Source of the DNA: a virus
Reading direction: 5' to 3' (one strand)
Virus record (IMG/VR): IMGVR_UViG_3300008108_000067
Coordinates: 1-64,000 of that record
DNA: 64,000 nt
Shown piece after piece: positions 58,773 to 64,000 of this stretch. A program made the translations under genes and the position numbers. Numbering within the stretch: the stretch's first letter is position 1; every line of letters starts with the position of its first letter. The notes under the pieces are model-generated. The model ran no database searches. It was not told the DNA's origin and saw only the letters and a program-made list of their open reading frames with translations.

Positions 58773-60272
58773 TTATAATTTCGAAGTAGTTTCATCGTCA
58801 AAGAACTTTCTAAGATTTCGTATAGAAGAATTGGTTGCAACTTCTCTACCGAAATCAATTGTAGAAACTCCCGAAGAACCTAGTCCAGTAACATTTTTTA
58901 AGCTTTCATTTGCTGGTAAATCTCCAGCCAATGTTCTCTCATTAGTTTTCATTACGAAATTATCGTTAGATGCCCATAGTGGTTGAAATGGGTCTGGGAA
59001 TACTTGGTACTTTGCGTATACCACCAACATTCTTGCGATTAACGCAGGATTCACGATACCAGAGGGTCCGAGAGTTAGTGGAGAGGTAGACATGATTGTT
59101 CGTAGTAATTCAAACAAAAATAATTTTAATGGTTTTGCCATTGCAATAGGAGATGCATTTGAACTTCTACCACCCAAGAATATTTCGTTACCGTGGAACG
59201 TAACATTTCTATCGGCACTAATAAGAACATCTCGTTTAGTATTCACTATGGTATCTTCTTTTGAATCTAAACTAATAGTTTTTTCTGCGAACAGATTAAT
59301 TAAATTTGGTGTTCGTATAGTAACGTTTCCGGCAGAATCTAATGTAAATCCATCATCTAACGTGTTAAGATGTATGCCTTTTTTCGAAAACATATATATG
59401 GATGTTTGTTTTGCATTAAATATTAACTTATCGGAATTTATTAATATGGATGCACCATCAAATATAGGTTTCTCAAACGTTGAACGAAGATGGATATTTG
59501 TACCATACGTTGCAGGTACCAATGGTAATATCTGTTTTGATACCATATATATCGAACTGGCGTCTGCGTTAAGTGATTCGTTCGTCAATCCAGCAGGTCC
59601 GTCAGCAGTTCTTATTACAGATGATTGTCCAGCACGTAAGATAATATTTGGAAATTGTTCACCATCGGACGCTTGACTTAACTGACTACTTCCTAGTCGA
59701 ATGGATTGTCCATATCGTCCTTGATAAATAATGTCTCCTTCAAATGCTTTGACAGGATTTACATTTAATTCTCTAAAATTATCACCTGCGTTGGTTTTAA
59801 TTTTGGATGCTTGTGTTGTGACTCCACGAAGTGCTTGTCGTTGTCTATCAATCGCATTTTCCGTTCGTGCCGCTTCTAATATAGTTCCAACAACAGGATG
59901 TGCGTTTTCTGATATTTTTCGTTTGGTGTTAAGTGGTCCTATATACCAATAAGTACCTAACATTTTAAACACCAATACATATTCTCCAACTAGTGGATAT
60001 GATGTTTGATATGGTATAAGCGGGTCCGCCCAAACCAAGTTTTTACTTCTGGTGTCTTGGTCTGTATTTACAAACCGTACTTTGGCACGACCAACGTTTG
60101 CCGTTGTACTTGCTCTATTTTGATCGTATTTATTACTTGCTTCATTAACAATGATTTCTTCAACTTGCGCAGCTTCATAGATAAAAGAGTCCGTAGCTAC
60201 TGTATTGGTGGGGGCACCTGGTAGTAGTGTTCTAACTCCGTTGTTACTGACGGGGACTCTAAATCCTGGCAT
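58773..60272 (-). CDS. Baseplate hub/spike protein (gp5-like)
   Basis: YPLVGEYV; FEGDIIYQGRYGQSIRLGS; beta-helix-like stretch; located upstream of gp25/gp6. Confidence 0.55.
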   Translation of the reverse strand: MPGFRVPVSNNGVRTLLPGAPTNTVATDSFIYEAAQVEEIIVNEASNKYDQNRASTTANVGRAKVRFVNTDQDTRSKNLVWADPLIPYQTSYPLVGEYVLVFKMLGTYWYIGPLNTKRKISENAHPVVGTILEAARTENAIDRQRQALRGVTTQASKIKTNAGDNFRELNVNPVKAFEGDIIYQGRYGQSIRLGSSQLSQASDGEQFPNIILRAGQSSVIRTADGPAGLTNESLNADASSIYMVSKQILPLVPATYGTNIHLRSTFEKPIFDGASILINSDKLIFNAKQTSIYMFSKKGIHLNTLDDGFTLDSAGNVTIRTPNLINLFAEKTISLDSKEDTIVNTKRDVLISADRNVTFHGNEIFLGGRSSNASPIAMAKPLKLFLFELLRTIMSTSPLTLGPSGIVNPALIARMLVVYAKYQVFPDPFQPLWASNDNFVMKTNERTLAGDLPANESLKNVTGLGSSGVSTIDFGREVATNSSIRNLRKFFDDETTSKL

Positions 60273-60667
60273 TATTTAATTCTCTTTGAGATTGCAAATA
60301 TATCTTCTTCGATATCTTTACCTTCATCTTCCAGTTTTTCAACTTCCATCTTTAAGTCACCTAATAATGCCTGTTTTTCTGCTTCCGAAAGTAACCCATC
60401 AATGGATTCTCCCTTGGCTGCAACACCAATAATACGTTGGGCAATTTGTGCAACACGTATTAAGTGTTCATCATTTTTGACATTTACTTCAATAAAGTCT
60501 TTTATAACAGGACCAATAACTGCTGCATCTTCTGGGGTTCTGATCAGCATAACCAACTTAGAGACAAACGTATTAATTTGTTGTCTCTTAGAGTCGGTAT
60601 TCTTATAGATTTCTGAAAAGAGGTCGGAAAGTGATTTTCCCTCAAATATTTCCTTGTCTAAACTCAT
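60272..60667 (-). CDS. Hypothetical protein
   Basis: Start chosen at MSLDKEIF with GGAGG RBS; promoter box upstream. Confidence 0.55.
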   Translation of the reverse strand: MSLDKEIFEGKSLSDLFSEIYKNTDSKRQQINTFVSKLVMLIRTPEDAAVIGPVIKDFIEVNVKNDEHLIRVAQIAQRIIGVAAKGESIDGLLSEAEKQALLGDLKMEVEKLEDEGKDIEEDIFAISKRIK

Positions 60668-60689
60668 AATAACCTCCAAGTTACTACAA

Positions 60690-60699
60690 TATAAATAGT
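60690..60699 (-). promoter_or_regulatory. Putative late promoter box ACTATTTATA
   Basis: Exact copy right after the sigma factor gene, 23 nt upstream of ATG 60667. Confidence 0.65.
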
Positions 60700-60705
60700 T
60701 AGAGG

Positions 60706-61443
60706 CTATTTTTTATACGTAAAATATGCAGATGGGTCGGAAATATGTCCTGTTCGTCTAAATTCTTGCATTTGGACTAAAACGTGTCCTCGCATCTTGT
60801 TGATTACCTTAGTAATATGCGAAGTTTTGTGGTTAGTCATTTCCCTAATCATTAGGTAGAGAGCTTTTTTATTGAAATTATCAATGTTATCCACTCGGCG
60901 GAGTAGTTCAACAACAGCGGTGGCGATATCTAAATCTCTCTTTTTCTTGAAAATCTTCGTGGTGTTAAAATCCCAATACTGAACAAGTAGTTGGATGAAA
61001 TCACGCATATCACTCTTTACTTCGTGTTCTTCTGGCTCCGCAACTAGAATTTCTTCTAACGAAAATGTTTCATCGGTCTTGTCCGCCAAGTATACAGACC
61101 GCTTCTCTTCCTTATATGCGTTGTTATTATGTAATATAAGATAATTTTTTGCGATTACACTAAAATATGAAAACGCTTTACCTTTACCAGATGTAAATTT
61201 GTGTAAGTTTATAACCAAAAAGGAAACAACTTCCGACTTTACATCTTCAAAGCTACCTTCCATATAAGGAAACTTGAATCTATTAATTACATTTTCGGCC
61301 AATTTATCGAATGGTGCCCAAATGTACTCCCGATAGATGTATTCTCGTTCATCTTGGTCAGTACTTTGGTTATACTTTATAATTGCATCTTCGGTTTCTT
61401 GTGTAAAATAGACCTTGCCCAACTTAGTTTTCTTTCGACCCAT
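60706..61443 (-). CDS. Phage sigma factor (T4 gp55-like late sigma)
   Basis: YFTQETEDAI..YN...KLAEN.I..FKF...LHKF...KGKAFSYFSVIAKNYLI, a region-2-like pattern. Confidence 0.7.
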   Translation of the reverse strand: MGRKKTKLGKVYFTQETEDAIIKYNQSTDQDEREYIYREYIWAPFDKLAENVINRFKFPYMEGSFEDVKSEVVSFLVINLHKFTSGKGKAFSYFSVIAKNYLILHNNNAYKEEKRSVYLADKTDETFSLEEILVAEPEEHEVKSDMRDFIQLLVQYWDFNTTKIFKKKRDLDIATAVVELLRRVDNIDNFNKKALYLMIREMTNHKTSHITKVINKMRGHVLVQMQEFRRTGHISDPSAYFTYKK

Positions 61444-61702
61444 CGTTTGAATCACTCCCATAAATTAGCGGACGTAAATCATTTATGATGTCCGTAATTT
61501 GAGAAAAGACTTCACCAACCTCATCATCTTTCTCAAACATTTGTCGTTCATCAATTATCCGCATTGTGTGTAATGTTATGCTCAGACGGGAATAAAAATT
61601 GTTGACGGCATCTTCCATTATTTCAACTTTACGTAACGTATTCCATGTTGCGTAACAAAGTAGAATATTAAACAATAGACTAATAACAACAATTACTATC
61701 AT
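61424..61702 (-). CDS. Small membrane-anchored protein
   Basis: Hydrophobic N-terminus. Confidence 0.5.
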   Translation of the reverse strand: MIVIVVISLLFNILLCYATWNTLRKVEIMEDAVNNFYSRLSITLHTMRIIDERQMFEKDDEVGEVFSQITDIINDLRPLIYGSDSNDGSKEN

Positions 61703-62223
61703 ATCTTTACCAAGTTGTAGATTGAAAAGGTTTGCATGTACTCACGAATACTTGTTCCGTTCGCGTCAGTTCTACCTTTAAAATCTGAATTATTGAAAAA
61801 GTTGATAACATTCTGTGGTCCTGCCAAATGTGCTGCTGCCAAGATGCCAGAACGTGTAACTTTTATTCCCTTTACTACCTTACCGCTATATTTTATAATA
61901 ATATTATGTAATTCTTTATTGTTTAGTCGCATATTTGCAACCATTACAGAGTCTTGAAGTTCTGAGTTCTGTAAGAATTGCTTCTGTGTAACTCTAAATC
62001 CTAGCATTCTAACCGTACGAGGATCAAACTGATACTTTCCCATCATTCCGAATCTGTTCACCACATGCAAAGTATTATCACTTTCCCGTTCTGCCATATG
62101 GTTAAGAAACTTTTCAAGTTCCGTTGGTTCCGACCGAACAATACGATTCGGTACATAAACCTCATTTATTTTCAACATCAAAAGAACCATTAATGTCGAA
62201 AAGACAGTTATTACCTGTTTCAT
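61699..62223 (-). CDS. Lysozyme-like/transglycosylase with N-terminal hydrophobic segment
   Basis: MAERES...NRFGMMGKYQF...GILAAAHLAG; start chosen at MKQVITV with AGGAG RBS. Confidence 0.65.
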   Translation of the reverse strand: MKQVITVFSTLMVLLMLKINEVYVPNRIVRSEPTELEKFLNHMAERESDNTLHVVNRFGMMGKYQFDPRTVRMLGFRVTQKQFLQNSELQDSVMVANMRLNNKELHNIIIKYSGKVVKGIKVTRSGILAAAHLAGPQNVINFFNNSDFKGRTDANGTSIREYMQTFSIYNLVKI

Positions 62224-62236
62224 AATTTCTCCTGTG

Positions 62237-63311
62237 TTAGAGAAGGTGCGGTCTTGCCTCACTAATTCCAGCGTTAGTGACTACAACATACGAGGGACAA
62301 AATTCATCAATACTCATTGCTCCTGCGTATGATAAGGCCGACCGTAATCCATCAGTTAATCCATCCACGATAAACTTTGCTTTACCCTTGAATGGAACAA
62401 TGGTGGATTCACCCTCAACATTACGAGTTTTTTGACCGTGTATACTCTTTGTTTCCAAAGAAGCTGCTCCACGATATCTTTTATATAAACCATTTTGTTT
62501 TTCAATAATAGCCCCAGGCGCTTCCTTTGTTCCTGCCAAAAGCGACCCAAGAATTACCGAACTTGCTCCAACCGCCAACGCTTTAGCAATATCACCACTA
62601 TTACGAATACCACCACATGCAATAATAGGAACAGTTACTGCGTTTGACGTTTCCAACAATGACGTAACATTTGGTACACCAAAACCAGTTTTAATACGAG
62701 TAGTACACAATGAACCACCACCGATACCTACTCGAATTGCATCTGCTCCCCAGAATTCTAATTCTTCTGCTGCTTCTGCGGTTGCTACATTTCCTGCAAT
62801 AACGTCAATATGAGGAAAGTTATCTTTAATTTTGATGATAGCTTCACGGACAAACGAATGATGACCGTGGGCTACATCAATCAATATAACATTTGCACCA
62901 GCATTAATCAAGGCTTCTGTTCGTTGGAAATAATCTCCATTGGCTCCAACCGCTGCCATAATCTCCATTGGCTCCAACCGCTGCCATAACAGGAGTTGTT
63001 TTTCCTTCCCAAGTTCTATATATAGGCCCGTCCCATATAGCCATTTTTACATTTTGTACTTGTTCTGCTTGTTCTTCAATTGACATAAAACGATGAATAC
63101 ATCCTACACCACCCAATTCTGCCATTGCAATAGCCATTTCAGACTCACATACCGTGTCCATAGGTGATGCAATGAGAGGAACTCTAATACTATAATTAGT
63201 TGTTAATCTAGTAGTAAGGTCAATTTGTGACCGTGATTCAATATCCGAATACTGTGGTATCAGCTGGATATCATCATAGGTTAGTGCTTGTTTACCGTGT
63301 AATGGTATCAT
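62237..63311 (-). pseudogene. IMP dehydrogenase/GMP reductase family gene (no CBS domain), frameshifted by a 28-bp duplication
   Basis: LTYDDIQLIP, PLIASPMDTV, GGVGCIHR in one frame; IDVAHG, GNVAT, VGIGGGSLCTTR, GGIRNSGDIAKAL in the next frame. guaB versus guaC cannot be decided by eye. Confidence 0.85.
62930..62989. repeat. 28-bp perfect tandem duplication
   Basis: ATAATCTCCATTGGCTCCAACCGCTGCC at 62930-62957 and 62958-62985, followed by ATAA. Confidence 0.95.
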
Positions 63312-63918
63312 AATATGCGTTTTGCTCCCGTTGTCTCTTGATGTCCTTGATGTGATAAAGTGACCACTCTTCTTCTGCTGGAAGTGGTGCGTGTGTTTGA
63401 TATCCTACGATTCGTTCATGCACCTTACCTTCCCATCTAATACGTTCTGTATTTTTATACAGTCTAGTTTGGTAGTCAGGAAACATTACCCATCCCTTGT
63501 CGTTCAGTGTCCATCCCCAACTACGAATATCATCTTCCGTTAATCCGTTTACCACATTTACTCGTGGAATTAAGAACATATCTACATTGGTATTATTATA
63601 CACTATATCATGCAAATATGTCAAAAGATTATTATTAAATTTTTCATCAGCATCAACTTGGAAAATGTAATCACCTTCACACAAAGAATTAAGATAATTT
63701 TTATGTGCAGCAAAATCATTATTTAATGCATGTGAAAATAGACGAATTTTGTCCTGTTGTTCATATCCATATAAAATTTGGGATGTAAATGCATCAGTAG
63801 AATGATCGTCCACAACAATAATTTCGTCACCGGTTTTTTCGCAGTGAGGAACCAACTGGTCAAGTAGTTGTTGAATATAATGACCTTCGTTGTGGGTTGT
63901 AATTGCAAAACTAATCAT
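63292..63918 (-). CDS. Glycosyltransferase family 2
   Basis: ISFAITTHNE, EIIVVDDHSTD, IFQVDADE, VHE. Confidence 0.85.
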   Translation of the reverse strand: MISFAITTHNEGHYIQQLLDQLVPHCEKTGDEIIVVDDHSTDAFTSQILYGYEQQDKIRLFSHALNNDFAAHKNYLNSLCEGDYIFQVDADEKFNNNLLTYLHDIVYNNTNVDMFLIPRVNVVNGLTEDDIRSWGWTLNDKGWVMFPDYQTRLYKNTERIRWEGKVHERIVGYQTHAPLPAEEEWSLYHIKDIKRQREQNAYYDTITR

Positions 63919-64000
63919 AGTAACTCCCAATATTTAAATAAAGCTTTTTCTTTGGCTTTTGCTTCTAGATCAATGTCAATATCTAAACCGTAGTCATCAA
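63915..64000 (-). CDS. C-terminus of probable UV-damage endonuclease (UvsE-like), runs off the right edge
   Basis: ...DDYGLDIDIDLEAKAKEKALFKYWELL*; DIxxEAKxKE.AL resembles the UvsE C-terminus. Only 27 complete sense codons are visible. Confidence 0.5.
   Translation of the reverse strand, partial: DDYGLDIDIDLEAKAKEKALFKYWELL

Noticed and set aside
60272-60667. Terminase small subunit
   Set aside because: Size and helicity fit, but there is no recognisable motif and it is far from the large subunit.
100-61957. Numerous plus-strand ORFs in the track
   Set aside because: They lie antisense to well-supported minus-strand genes and show no recognisable motifs; they are shadow frames.
1-64000. 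Alternative genetic code (TAG/TGA reassignment)
   Set aside because: Core genes are full length in the standard code, and TAG and TGA are used as real stops.
1-64000. tRNA or rRNA genes
   Set aside because: Intergenic gaps are short and none showed a cloverleaf or T-loop motif by eye; a covariance search was not run.

Overview
64 kb of an AT-rich, large T4-like (myovirus-type) bacteriophage genome. Essentially every real gene is on the minus strand in standard genetic code; the plus-strand ORFs are shadows. Read in the direction of transcription (right to left): a probable UvsE C-terminus, a GT2 glycosyltransferase, an IMPDH/GMP-reductase gene broken by a 28-bp tandem duplication, a lysozyme-like protein and a gp55-like sigma factor. 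Next comes a baseplate block (gp5-like, gp25, gp6, large wedge-like protein) containing a Pol-beta-type nucleotidyltransferase and a Cys-repeat protein. A resolvase/primase/fused SbcD-SbcC island follows, then a ligase-like + HxGH nucleotidyltransferase fusion, terminase large subunit, a cluster of small proteins with shared MIKLxxILxE-type leaders, portal and prohead protease. The window ends with a HAD phosphatase, ribosomal protein bS21, scaffold, major capsid, neck, sheath, tube and a family of Ser/Gly/Thr-rich tail fibre paralogs. Most notable: (1) a putative capsid-targeted cargo set; (2) two unrelated enzymes sharing a 43-aa C-terminal module, possibly an RNA-repair/NAD kit; (3) a promoter-overlapping hairpin that would silence primase on read-through transcripts; (4) a regulon of ACTATTTATA boxes, the reverse complement of the T4 late promoter; (5) phage bS21 together with strong Shine-Dalgarno use. 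Functional calls come from motif recognition only; no database search was run.
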